From assembly GCA_965261845.1 (NCBI GenBank), contig OZ253475.1:284458-348457 (forward strand): a DNA stretch of 64,000 bases. The letters are read 5' to 3'. The notes below the pieces were generated by a model. It was not told where the DNA came from. It saw only the letters and a program-made list of their open reading frames with translations, and did no database searches. How positions within the stretch are numbered: the first letter of the stretch is position 1; each line of letters begins with the position of its first letter. Shown in pieces: positions 7,572 to 16,831 of this stretch. The position numbers and the translations under genes are program-made. This stretch comes from Candidatus Foliamicus sp. GTDB taxonomy: Bacteria; Pseudomonadota; Gammaproteobacteria; Steroidobacterales; Foliamicaceae.

Positions 7572-9872
7572 TTGCGAGTAGGCTTGGTGGAATTCTTTGC
7601 CCACAGCGCTCCAGAAGCAGAGCCAGACACCCAGCTGCGGCACCCACTGGCTATCCACTTGCAGGATACGGGAAAGCTGGCAGCCCGCTTCCTGAAAGCC
7701 GTGAACGGCAACGAGCTCGGACGAGCCGCAGGGCTGCTCCATGATTTAGGCAAGTACAGCACCGAGTTCCAAGCGCGGCTGGCGGGCAGCCCGCAGCGAG
7801 TGGATCATGCCACGGCCGGCGCGCGGGTCGCGTTGGAGAAATACGGGCCTAGAATCGGAAAGATACTTGCGTTTTGTATCGCCGGACATCATACCGGCCT
7901 GTCCGACGGGCGCGGCGGTGGCGAGGGCAGAACAAGCCTGGAGTATCGGCTTGCGGACGATTACGTGATCCCGGAGATTGATGCGGTGTGGGAGCAGGAG
8001 ATTGCGCTGCCGGGAAGCAGTGATTTTTCCACGTTGACCCTTTGCCCCACGCGATGCGAAGAAGCCTTTGGTGTCGCGTTCCTTACCCGAATGCTGTTCT
8101 CCGCACTGGTGGACGCAGATCGAACCGACACTCGGGCTTGGTTCTCTGGCGAGAAAAGCAAGCTGAAAGCGCCGAGCCGCTCTCCGTCACCTTCAATCCG
8201 AGAGCTTCAGCGGCGCTTGGGCCAACACCTATTGCAACTTGCTGGCAATGCTCAACAAACCAAAATAAATGGCCTGCGCCGGCAGGTACTCCAGCATGTC
8301 CGCAGCCAGGCTGAACAAGCACCAGGCCTGTTCTCACTGACCGTCCCGACGGGAGGAGGCAAGACGCTGGCCTCGCTTGCTTTTGCGCTCGATCATGCCG
8401 TGCGACATGGGTTAAAGCGCGTCATCTATGTGATTCCATACATCAGTATCGTAGATCAGACTGCACGGACATTCCGCAGAGCGTTGAGCGATGAGGACGG
8501 CAGTATTGTCCTGGAACACCACAGCGCGTTCGATGAGGAACGCATCAGCGGACGTGAAGGCCAACAGGCGTTGCGTCTGGCGATGGAAACATGGGATCGG
8601 CCAATTGTCGTCACGACCGCGGTGCAATTTTATGAAAGCTTGTTTTCCGACCGTCCTTCGCGCTGCCGGAAACTTCATAATCTCGCCGAAAGCGTAGTCA
8701 TTCTGGACGAAGCACAGACGCTGCCGCTGGCATTGCTGCAACCCTGCGTGGCCGCGATCCGGGAATTGGCTCGCAATTGGAAAGCGAGCGTGGTTCTTTG
8801 CACCGCTACACAGCCGGCGCTCCATGCGCTGAAGCCGGCTGCTGGTTTTGCCGGGGGACTGGAGGACGTGCGGGAACTGGCGCCGGACCCCCAGGCGCTG
8901 TACACGTCCATTGCGGCGCAGCGCACTCGGATCGTTAAGGAACACGAACCGATTGATGATGTGGAACTGGCTTCGCACTTATTGGGCGTGAGGCAAGTGC
9001 TGTGCATCGTAAACACACGCCGCCACGGGCGCGAGCTATACGAGAGAATCCGGGCGGAGGAGGCAGAGGGCGTGTTTCATCTGACCACGGCTCTGTGCGC
9101 CCGCCACCGGGAACAAAAGCTGCGGCACATTATCGAGCGGTTAAAGGATGACGAGCCGGTTCGGCTCGTAGCCACGTCGCTGATTGAAGCCGGCGTGGAC
9201 ATTGACTTCCCGATGGTGTGGCGCGCGGAGACCGGCTTGGAGTCCATCATCCAGGCTGCCGGACGCTGCAACCGCGAAGGCCGCCGAGAACTCGGTACCG
9301 TTCATGTGTTCAAGTCGGTGGAAGCGGAAGGGCGCCGCCCTCCGCCTGCCATCGCACAGTTCGCTGCTATCGCGCGGTCGGTCATGCGGCAGCATGCCGA
9401 CCCGCTGTCGCTGGAGGCCATTGAAGCGTATTTCAGGGAAACGTACTGGGTAACAGAAGACCGCCTCGATAGAGAGGGAATCCTGGCAGAGATATGGAAG
9501 AGGAAGACATCGTTCGATTTTCCATTCCAGAAGATCGCACGCGACTTCCGGATGATTGACACGGCCATGGAGCCGGTCATTATCCCGTCCTGTCCGGCGG
9601 GCGCGGGACACCGGACATGGAAGATCCCCGAAGGGCTTCTGGACCAGCCGCGTGCAGGGGCGCTAGGCCGGCAGCTACAGCGGTACGTAGTGCAAATCCC
9701 GCCGAAGGCGCGTGCCAACCTGCTCGCGTCCGGAGCGGCCCGGTTGGTGCGCGAGCAGGAGTTCGGATTGCAGTTCGTCGTTCTGCTAGAGAACTCGGAT
9801 CTATACAACGCGGAAACCGGGTTGGATTGGGACGATCCGTTCTATCGGGCTGCGGAATCCCTGGTGGTTTGA
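7572..9872 (+). CDS. cas3: Cas3 HD-nuclease/helicase (type I)
   Basis: HD motifs LLHDLGKYSTEFQ and IAGHHTGL. Helicase Walker A LTVPTGGGKTLASL and DEAQ box VILDEAQTLP. First gene of a canonical I-C operon. The start is uncertain (TTG 7572 or GTG 7586). Confidence 0.9.
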   Translation: MRVGLVEFFAHSAPEAEPDTQLRHPLAIHLQDTGKLAARFLKAVNGNELGRAAGLLHDLGKYSTEFQARLAGSPQRVDHATAGARVALEKYGPRIGKILAFCIAGHHTGLSDGRGGGEGRTSLEYRLADDYVIPEIDAVWEQEIALPGSSDFSTLTLCPTRCEEAFGVAFLTRMLFSALVDADRTDTRAWFSGEKSKLKAPSRSPSPSIRELQRRLGQHLLQLAGNAQQTKINGLRRQVLQHVRSQAEQAPGLFSLTVPTGGGKTLASLAFALDHAVRHGLKRVIYVIPYISIVDQTARTFRRALSDEDGSIVLEHHSAFDEERISGREGQQALRLAMETWDRPIVVTTAVQFYESLFSDRPSRCRKLHNLAESVVILDEAQTLPLALLQPCVAAIRELARNWKASVVLCTATQPALHALKPAAGFAGGLEDVRELAPDPQALYTSIAAQRTRIVKEHEPIDDVELASHLLGVRQVLCIVNTRRHGRELYERIRAEEAEGVFHLTTALCARHREQKLRHIIERLKDDEPVRLVATSLIEAGVDIDFPMVWRAETGLESIIQAAGRCNREGRRELGTVHVFKSVEAEGRRPPPAIAQFAAIARSVMRQHADPLSLEAIEAYFRETYWVTEDRLDREGILAEIWKRKTSFDFPFQKIARDFRMIDTAMEPVIIPSCPAGAGHRTWKIPEGLLDQPRAGALGRQLQRYVVQIPPKARANLLASGAARLVREQEFGLQFVVLLENSDLYNAETGLDWDDPFYRAAESLVV

Positions 9873-9886
9873 GGAAGGAACGAGCA

Positions 9887-10564
9887 ATGGCTTATGGAGT
9901 TCGATTGCATGTATGGGGCGACTACGCTTGCTTCACGCGCCCGGAGATGAAGGTGGAGCGTGTTTCCTACGACGTAATGACTCCATCGGCGGCACGGGGA
10001 ATTCTCGAGGCCATCCACTGGAAGCCGGAAATCCGATGGGTCATTGACCGGATCCATGTGCTGAAACCGATTCGATTCGAGACGATCCGGCGCAATGAGG
10101 TGAGCAGCAAGATTTCAGAGAAAACCGCGCAGGCCGCCATGAAGAAAGGCTCTACGGAGGGATTGCGCCTGTTCGTTGATGACCACAAGGAGCGCCAGCA
10201 GCGCGCAGCACTGGTGCTGCGCGATGTCGCTTATGTCATTGAGGCGCATTTCACGGCCAAGGCGCAGGACGAAGACCTCCAGCAGGTAGCCGCCAAGCAC
10301 ATCTCCATGTTTAACCGCCGTGCCGCCATGGGGCAGTGTTTCCACCAGCCGTACCTGGGGACACGAGAGTTTGCTGCGCATTTCGCTTTAGTCGATGAGT
10401 TGCCGGTTTCGGAGCTGTCCGCGGAAGAGCGTGACCGCGACCTGGGTTGGATGCTGCATGACATTGATTACACGGACGGGAACACTGCCCGGTTGTTTCG
10501 GGCCCGGCTGCGCGACGCGGTAGTGGCGGTTCCGCCGCTGCACAGCTCAGAGACAAAAGCGTGA
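9887..10564 (+). CDS. cas5: Cas5c (Cas5d) pre-crRNA endoribonuclease, type I-C
   Basis: MAYGVRLHVWGDYACFTRPEMKVERVSYDVMTPSAARGILEAIHWKPE is the hallmark Cas5d N-terminus. GAGGAAGGA Shine-Dalgarno sequence upstream of ATG 9887. The longer ORF starting at 9617 is an upstream extension. Confidence 0.9.
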   Translation: MAYGVRLHVWGDYACFTRPEMKVERVSYDVMTPSAARGILEAIHWKPEIRWVIDRIHVLKPIRFETIRRNEVSSKISEKTAQAAMKKGSTEGLRLFVDDHKERQQRAALVLRDVAYVIEAHFTAKAQDEDLQQVAAKHISMFNRRAAMGQCFHQPYLGTREFAAHFALVDELPVSELSAEERDRDLGWMLHDIDYTDGNTARLFRARLRDAVVAVPPLHSSETKA

Positions 10565-12363
10565 TCCTGCAGGCGCTGAACCGCCACTACGAACGCCTGC
10601 ATGCGCAAGGGCGAGCGCCTGCACACGGGTTCTCCGTGGAGAACGTTTCCTACGCCATCGTGCTTTCTGCGGAAGGGCTCCTTGTGGATGTGCTGCCGCT
10701 TTCGGACGCGTCTGAAGGGAAACTGCGGCCCCTGCGGGAGCTGGTCCCGCAGGCCGCGAAGCGGGCCTCGAATGTGTGTCCGAACTTCCTATGGGACAAA
10801 ACGGAATATGCGTTGGGCGTAACGGGCGATACGAAGAAGAACTCCGCTCGCATAGTTCAGTGCCACGCGGCGTTCAAGGACTTTCATCGGCAAATGCTTC
10901 AAGACGCGGAGGATGCCGGTTTACGGGCGCTGCTGCTTTTCCTGGAGCGGTGGGACCCCTGTGATTACCACAATATCCCGCACGCCGAAGACATGCCCAG
11001 CGCCAACGTGGTGTTTCGGCTCGATGGGCAGCAGGCTTTCCTTCATGGCCTCCCGGCGGCGCAGGCGATATGGGAAAACTATATCGGGCAGACCCAGGAG
11101 CTCGCCGGCGCCAGCCCGCGGGCCTGTCTCGTAACCGGACAACCATCTGCCATTGCGAGATTGCATCCTCCAATCAAGGGACTGGGCGACCCCAGCGCGC
11201 AGTCTTCCGGGGTCAACATCGTTTCGTTCAACCGCCGCGCTTTCGAGTCCTTCGGCAAGTCTCAGGGCGAGAACGCTCCGGTCTCCAGGGAGGCCGCTTT
11301 CGGTTACACGACCGCGCTGAATATGCTGATGTCCCGGAATAGCGGTCAAAAATTGCGGATCGGGGATACGACGGTGGTGTTCTGGGCCGAAGCGGAGCAG
11401 AACACAGCAGAGGCGGAAGAAGCGGAACGCCTGATTGCATGGATGATGGATCCGCAAAGGAATCCCGATGACGAAGAGGAGACCGCGAAGGTCGGCGATC
11501 TCCTTCGGAAGATCGCTGAGGGGAGGCCGATCCATGAGGTTGCCCCCGACATCGACCCGACCACACGATTTTATGTCCTGGGCCTGGCACCGAACGCCTC
11601 GCGCTTGTCGGTGCGCTTCTGGCATGCCACGGCCGCGGGAGCGTTGTTCGAGCAGATCGCCGACCATTGGCGTGATCTGCGGTTGTTCCCTCTGCCGCGT
11701 CAATGGCCGGCGGCGGTATGGCAACTGCTGCTGGAAACGGCCGTGAGACGGGAAAGAAAGAACATTGCGCCGCTTTTGGGCGGCGCTTTGATGCGCGCCA
11801 TTCTGACCGGGGCGCCGTATCCTCGGCCCTTGCTATCGGCTGTCATTACGCGTTTCCAAGCGGACGGAAAGGTGACACCACTCCGCGCAGCCCTTGTTAA
11901 AGCCTGTGTTCGGCGTGCAGAACGCCTGAAAAACCCTGACAAAAAGGACACCCTTATGAGCCTTGACCCCTCAAGCCCCCATGTGGCCTATAACCTCGGG
12001 AGGCTGTTCGCCGCGTACGCGTATGTGGAGAAAAGTTATTCCAATCGGAACGCGACCATCCGCGACAAGTACATGGGAACGGCTTCAGCCAACCCACGGC
12101 GGGTGTTCCCGACCTTGATGCGGGGGTATGAGCACAACCGCGCCGCGCTGCTGAAGAAGCCCGGCAACAAAGCCGGCGCCGGCGTGCGGGCCGACAAGGC
12201 AGTAGGAGAAATACTGGGCCACTTGCCAGGAGCAGGCGAGTTGCCGGCCACACTGTCCCTTGAAGATCAGGGTCGGTTTTTCATTGGGTATTACCACCAG
12301 GAGCAAGCTTTTTACACGAAGGCGGTTTCTGAGCCCACGTTGCAATCCGATTTGGAGGAATAA
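10561..12363 (+). CDS. cas8c: Cas8c (Csd1) large subunit, type I-C
   Basis: Starts MILQALNRHYERL (GTG overlapping the cas5 stop). 600 aa. Position between cas5 and cas7 is as in I-C operons. Confidence 0.85.
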   Translation: MILQALNRHYERLHAQGRAPAHGFSVENVSYAIVLSAEGLLVDVLPLSDASEGKLRPLRELVPQAAKRASNVCPNFLWDKTEYALGVTGDTKKNSARIVQCHAAFKDFHRQMLQDAEDAGLRALLLFLERWDPCDYHNIPHAEDMPSANVVFRLDGQQAFLHGLPAAQAIWENYIGQTQELAGASPRACLVTGQPSAIARLHPPIKGLGDPSAQSSGVNIVSFNRRAFESFGKSQGENAPVSREAAFGYTTALNMLMSRNSGQKLRIGDTTVVFWAEAEQNTAEAEEAERLIAWMMDPQRNPDDEEETAKVGDLLRKIAEGRPIHEVAPDIDPTTRFYVLGLAPNASRLSVRFWHATAAGALFEQIADHWRDLRLFPLPRQWPAAVWQLLLETAVRRERKNIAPLLGGALMRAILTGAPYPRPLLSAVITRFQADGKVTPLRAALVKACVRRAERLKNPDKKDTLMSLDPSSPHVAYNLGRLFAAYAYVEKSYSNRNATIRDKYMGTASANPRRVFPTLMRGYEHNRAALLKKPGNKAGAGVRADKAVGEILGHLPGAGELPATLSLEDQGRFFIGYYHQEQAFYTKAVSEPTLQSDLEE

Positions 12364-12366
12364 ACT

Positions 12367-13266
12367 ATGCAAGCAATCAGCCACCGCTACGATTTCGTCT
12401 ATCTGTTCGATGTGGTCAATGGCAATCCCAACGGGGATCCGGATGCCGGTAATTTGCCCAGGCTGGATCCCGAGACGAACCAGGGACTGGTCTCTGATGT
12501 CTGTCTGAAACGCAAGGTAAGGAACTTTGTTGCGCTGACCAAAGAGGGTGCGTCAGGACACGAGATTTTCGTGGCCGAGCGAGCTATTTTGGAACTGCAG
12601 CAGAAGCGCGCATGGGATGCTCTTCTGCCGGAAGCCAAGGATCGCAGCAAACTGCCCAAGGAAGAACAACAGGCGCGTACGCTGAGCCGATGGATGTGCA
12701 AGAACTTTTATGATGTCCGCACGTTCGGTGCTGTCATGTCCACAAAGGGAGCTAACTGCGGACAGGTGCGCGGCCCAATCCAGCTTACCTTTGCGCGCTC
12801 CATTGAGCCCATTTCTCCGCTGGAAATATCCATTACCCGCATGGCGGCTACGACCGAAAAGGATGCGGATGCGAAAGGGGATATCCGCACGATGGGACGC
12901 AAGCACGTTGTTCCCTACGGGCTGTATCGGGCGCACGGCTTTGTTTCCGCTTGTCTGGCCGGTGATGAAACCAAGGGGACGGGGTTTTCTGAAGAAGACT
13001 TGGAATTGTTCTGGACGGCGCTCGAACAAATTTTCGAACATGATCGATCAGCGGCCCGGGGAGAAATGACGGCGCGCAGATTGATTGTCTTTCGGCACGA
13101 CAGCAAATTCGGGAACGCGCCGGCGCACCGGTTGTTCGAGCGGGTTACGGTTCAGCGGAGTCAACCGGAAGACGCAAGCTCGGCGCGTTCCTATTCGGAT
13201 TATGCTGTTCATGTAAATGAAAGCGATTTGCCCACCGGGATCACATTGATCGACAGGATCGCATGA
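12367..13266 (+). CDS. cas7: Cas7c (Csd2) backbone subunit, type I-C
   Basis: [47 protein letters not shown] is the conserved Csd2 N-terminal block. Confidence 0.9.
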   Translation: MQAISHRYDFVYLFDVVNGNPNGDPDAGNLPRLDPETNQGLVSDVCLKRKVRNFVALTKEGASGHEIFVAERAILELQQKRAWDALLPEAKDRSKLPKEEQQARTLSRWMCKNFYDVRTFGAVMSTKGANCGQVRGPIQLTFARSIEPISPLEISITRMAATTEKDADAKGDIRTMGRKHVVPYGLYRAHGFVSACLAGDETKGTGFSEEDLELFWTALEQIFEHDRSAARGEMTARRLIVFRHDSKFGNAPAHRLFERVTVQRSQPEDASSARSYSDYAVHVNESDLPTGITLIDRIA

Positions 13267-13310
13267 CCGCTTGATTTCTGGCAGGTGGCATTCTGAAACT
13301 GAAATGCGAC

Positions 13311-13931
13311 ATGATCAGCAATGAGGACTTGATCCCGATTTCAGCTCTTCAGCACATGCTGTACTGCCCCAGGCAATGTGCACTGATTCATATAGAACGC
13401 CAATGGGCGGAAAATCAATTCACGGCCGAAGGACGCATTCTGCATACCCGAGTGGAGGCGGGCAAGCGCGAGACGCAAGGTACCTTGCGCATTGAGCGCA
13501 CCGTGCCGTTGCAATCCCGACGTCTCGGTGTGTTCGGTTTTGCGGATGTCGTAGAGGTTCATGATGGAGGCTGTCCTTTCCCCGTCGAGTACAAGCGAGG
13601 GAGGCAGAAGGCCCATCGGGCCGATGAAGTGCAACTTTGCGCCCAGGCGATCTGCCTGGAGGAAATGACTCAAACGCCTGTTCCCGCTGGGGCGTTGTTT
13701 TACGGCAAAGCCCGGCGGCGCAAGCAGGTGGTTTTCGATCCGTCGTTACGTCAATTGACCGAAAAAGTGGCGCGAGACGTGCGGGCAATGCTGATATTAG
13801 CGGAAACCCCGGCGCCAGAATATGTTCCAAGCAAGTGCAACTCATGTTCTTTGGAGAGCGTGTGCCAGCCCCAAAAGCCCAGAAAGTCTGGGCATGTAGC
13901 ACGCTGGTTAGCACAAGCTATTGAGAGCTGA
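13311..13931 (+). CDS. cas4: Cas4 RecB-like exonuclease with Fe-S cysteines
   Basis: ISALQHMLYCPRQCALIHIE near the N-terminus, C-terminal CNSCSLESVC cysteine cluster, operon position before cas1. Confidence 0.9.
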   Translation: MISNEDLIPISALQHMLYCPRQCALIHIERQWAENQFTAEGRILHTRVEAGKRETQGTLRIERTVPLQSRRLGVFGFADVVEVHDGGCPFPVEYKRGRQKAHRADEVQLCAQAICLEEMTQTPVPAGALFYGKARRRKQVVFDPSLRQLTEKVARDVRAMLILAETPAPEYVPSKCNSCSLESVCQPQKPRKSGHVARWLAQAIES

Positions 13932-13940
13932 TTTGTCGTA

Positions 13941-14981
13941 ATGCGTCGCCATCTGAACACGTTGTATGTCACTACTCCGGACGCTTGGCTTCACAAGGAC
14001 GGCGAAAATGCGGTTGTGAAGGCGGATGGAAAGGAGCTTGGACGTATTCCACTTCACATTCTTGGAGGCATCGTATGCTTTGGCGCTGTTGGGTTTACAC
14101 CATCTCTGATGGGACATTGCGCCAAGCAGGGCGTAGCCGTCTCCTTTTTGAGCCGTAGCGGGCGTTTCTTAGCGCGAGTTGAGGGGCCGGTTTCAGGCAA
14201 CGTGCTTTTGCGTAGAGCCCAGTATCGCGTAGCGGATGACATCAGGGAAAGCACTGCTCTGGCCCGTCATGTAGTGATCGGCAAGTTGCTAAACCAGCGC
14301 GCCGTAGTGCGTAGGGCATTGCGCGACTATGGCGAAAGCATGGATCCGGGAGCGCGCGGCCGCCTGCAAGACTGTGAGGGGGCCTTAAACAGCGCGGCCC
14401 GAGGGGCGCGTGCGGCCCTGGAGATGGACGTTTTACGTGGAGTTGAGGGGCAAGCAGCGCGAGCTTACTATCGCGTGCTCGGTGATCTAACACGCAATGA
14501 TGATCCCGCTTTCGCGTTTGCCCGGCGATCCCGCCGACCTCCGTTGGATCCGGTAAATGCCTTACTGTCCTTTTTCTATACGCTTCTTGTCCACGATTAC
14601 CGTTCCGCGCTGGAAACGGTCGGGTTGGACCCCTCCGTGGGGTACTTACACACAGATCGTCCAGGGCGCCCAAGTGTGGCGCTTGACCTGATGGAAGAAT
14701 TGCGGTCCGTTTTGGCTGATCGCTTGGCGTTATCCTTGATCAACCGCAAACAACTCTCAGCCCGCGATTTCACCACAGCGATAGGTGGGGGTGTACTCAT
14801 GCGAGAGGAGGCGCGAAAGAAGGTTCTGGTGGCGTATCAGGAACGGAAGCAAAACGAATTGACACATCCGTTTCTCAAAGAAAAGACAACGCTGGGACTA
14901 GTGCCATTCCTGCAGGCTACGCTTTTGGCGCGGCGCTTGCGTAACGAACTGGATGGTTATCCGCCATTCTTGTGGAAGTAG
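13941..14981 (+). CDS. cas1: Cas1 integrase, type I-C
   Basis: MRRHLNTLYVTTPDAWLHKDGENAVV start, 346 aa, followed by cas2. Confidence 0.95.
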   Translation: MRRHLNTLYVTTPDAWLHKDGENAVVKADGKELGRIPLHILGGIVCFGAVGFTPSLMGHCAKQGVAVSFLSRSGRFLARVEGPVSGNVLLRRAQYRVADDIRESTALARHVVIGKLLNQRAVVRRALRDYGESMDPGARGRLQDCEGALNSAARGARAALEMDVLRGVEGQAARAYYRVLGDLTRNDDPAFAFARRSRRPPLDPVNALLSFFYTLLVHDYRSALETVGLDPSVGYLHTDRPGRPSVALDLMEELRSVLADRLALSLINRKQLSARDFTTAIGGGVLMREEARKKVLVAYQERKQNELTHPFLKEKTTLGLVPFLQATLLARRLRNELDGYPPFLWK

Positions 14982-14990
14982 GAAGAAGTC

Positions 14991-15281
14991 GTGCTGATGC
15001 TCGTCACTTATGACGTTTCTACACTAGACCAAGCGGGCAGGAAGCGTCTTCGCAGAGTAGCTAAGGCTTGTCGGGACTTTGGCCAGCGCGTGCAGTATTC
15101 GGTATTTGAATGTGAAGTGGACCCAGCGCAATGGGCGAATCTGCGGCAGCGCCTTATCAACGAGATTGATAATGGCACTGACAGCCTCCGTTTCTATAGG
15201 ATAGGTGCTAATTGGCGTAGGCGCATTGAGCATATTGGCGCCAAGGAATCGTACGATCCTAGCGGGCCGCTCGTTTTCTAG
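14991..15281 (+). CDS. cas2: Cas2
   Basis: MLVTYDVSTLDQAGRKRLRRVAKACRDFGQRVQYSVFEC, 96 aa, directly upstream of the leader and array. Confidence 0.9.
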   Translation: MLMLVTYDVSTLDQAGRKRLRRVAKACRDFGQRVQYSVFECEVDPAQWANLRQRLINEIDNGTDSLRFYRIGANWRRRIEHIGAKESYDPSGPLVF

Positions 15282-15463
15282 CAGTGTGCGAACCGAAAGT
15301 GGCTTTATTTTGCGAGTTGATATAAGCGGAATCGCTACCCTATGATTTAACAGAGATTTATTTCTTTAAGTGCTTTCTTCGGTTACGCCTCATAAGGGCG
15401 CTTGACGGGGTTCGCAGAAGCACCGCAAATTTTCGCTCTTTTACAACAGGATAGAGTAGCAAA
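15282..15463 (+). promoter_or_regulatory. CRISPR leader (A+T-richer, non-coding, between cas2 and first repeat)
   Basis: 182 bp without a credible ORF, visibly A+T-richer than the flanks, abutting repeat 1. Confidence 0.5.
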
Positions 15464-15584
15464 GTCGCCCTCCGTGCGGGGGCGTGGATTGAAACTTTAC
15501 TGGCAAAGGTAATGCTTCTAAAGATTTAATGTCGCCCTCCGTGCGGGGGCGTGGATTGAAACACCTCTATTGGATAGTCCTGCT
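15464..15584 (+). CRISPR. Truncated type I-C CRISPR array: 2 repeats, 1 complete 35-bp spacer, 1 spacer cut after 22 nt
   Basis: 32-bp repeat GTCGCCCTCCGTGCGGGGGCGTGGATTGAAAC at 15464-15495 and 15531-15562 (identical). Spacer TTTACTGGCAAAGGTAATGCTTCTAAAGATTTAAT at 15496-15530. Partial spacer ACCTCTATTGGATAGTCCTGCT at 15563-15584 runs straight into the IS6 left IR at 15585. Confidence 0.9.
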
Positions 15585-16384
15585 GGCACTGTCAGAGAAA
15601 ACCGGCTTGAACCGGAATCCAAGCTCTCGTAGCCTGCGGCCATGAACCATCCCTTTCGTAATTTCAACAGTTCGCCCGAGGTCATCCGCCTCGCAGTGAT
15701 GATGTACATCCGCTATCCGTTGTCGTTGCGCCAGGTCGAAGACCTCCTGTTCGAACGCGGCATCGACATCTGTCACGAGACGGTGCGTTTCTGGTGGAAC
15801 CGTTTCGGCCCGATGTTTGCCGCTGAAATAAGGAGGAGGCGCGTCCACGGCCGCAATGGGTCGAACTGGTGCTGGAACCTTGATGAGGGGTTTGTTCGCA
15901 TCAACGGTGAGACACATTACCTATGGCGCGCTGTCGACCACGAAGGCGAGGTGCTTGAGGTTTTTGTCACGAAGCGGCGGGATCGCCGAACCGCACTGAA
16001 GTTCCTGAAGCGCACGATGAAACGGTATGGACGACCATCGTCAATGGTTACCGACCGGCTTCGATCTTATCAAGCCGCGATGAATGTGCTGGGAAATCCT
16101 GGGCGGCAGGAATGCCGGCGCTGGCTCAACAGCGGAGAACTCGCATCAACCGTTTCGAAGGCGGGAAGGGGCGATGGCGCGGTTCAGGGACATCAAGACC
16201 CTGCAAAAAATCGCCGCTGTCCATGCCTCGATCCATAACCACTTCAACCACCAACGCCATCTCACCCGCCGCGACGTTTTCAAACAGCACCGGACCGCTG
16301 CCCTGGCCGAGTGGCGCCAACTCGCAGCCTGAGAGCCCTCGATTGAAGCTTCAATAGGTTCAATCGAGTTGGTTTGACAACGCC
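15585..16384 (+). mobile_element. IS6-family insertion sequence, 800 bp
   Basis: Left IR GGCACTGTCAGAG at 15585. Right end ...TTTGACAACGCC ends at 16384 (reverse complement GGCGTTGTCAAA). Single transposase gene. Size typical for IS6/IS26-type elements. Confidence 0.85.
15642..16332 (+). pseudogene. IS6-family DDE transposase with one frameshift near 16128-16136
   Basis: Frame A (15642..16238) carries MNHPFRNFNSSPEVIRLAVMMY...INGETHYLWRAVDHEGEVLEVFVTKRRD...MVTDRLRSYQAAMNVLGNPGRQEC. The conserved C-terminus AENSHQPFRRREGAMARFRDIKTLQKIAAVHASIHNHFNHQRHL...EWRQLAA is in the frame of ORF 16084..16332. The frames switch around CTCAACAGCGGAGAAC. Confidence 0.8.
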
Positions 16385-16831
16385 CATGGCGGCAGTCGGG
16401 CACGACAAATGGCTTTTTAGTAGAGAACTTCCTCTCGTTCAGAGAGTCATGACATAAGGTGCGCTGGAAGAGCCCGTTGAGCCCCGTTGGCAAAAAAACA
16501 CGGGTCTTGGGGACATTGCAATATGGATCTCGATAACTATAATTATCGCGATCTAGGAGGAGAGAGGACCATGAGGTTGTGCACGTAACTACGAAGCAGG
16601 AAGCCCGCAGTTGATGGCGCTAGCGGGGGGCGCTGGTTGGCGGAGGACTCGGAGTGGTCCAGTCCGATGCCGGCGTGGCCGCGTCGGAAGGTCGCCGGCA
16701 GCGGGGCTGTCTGCCCGTCCTCAAGGGCGAATCCCGGACCCACTTGATTTCCAGCGGGCCTGGGTTGCTGCGGAAATCGCGGGCGAGCTGCCGTACGACT
16801 TCGTCGATTCGGGAGAGGTGGGGCGACCACA

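Noticed and set aside
7141-7647. Conserved antisense ORFs across both IS6 copies (7141..7647 - and 15567..15917 -), sharing ...FSGKHRAETVPPETHRLVTDVDAAFEQEVFDLAQRQRIADVHHHCEADDLGRTVEI...
   Set aside because: Their conservation is explained by the duplicated IS DNA itself. They are antisense to a well-supported transposase frame and have no motif.
16385-16831. A search for the missing remainder of the CRISPR array or another gene right of the IS6 element. Also an imperfect palindrome GATCTCGATAA-n-TTATCGCGATC near 16527-16555.
   Set aside because: There is no copy of the 32-bp repeat. The ORFs here are short and compositionally non-protein-like. The palindrome is a single 10/11 match with no supporting context.
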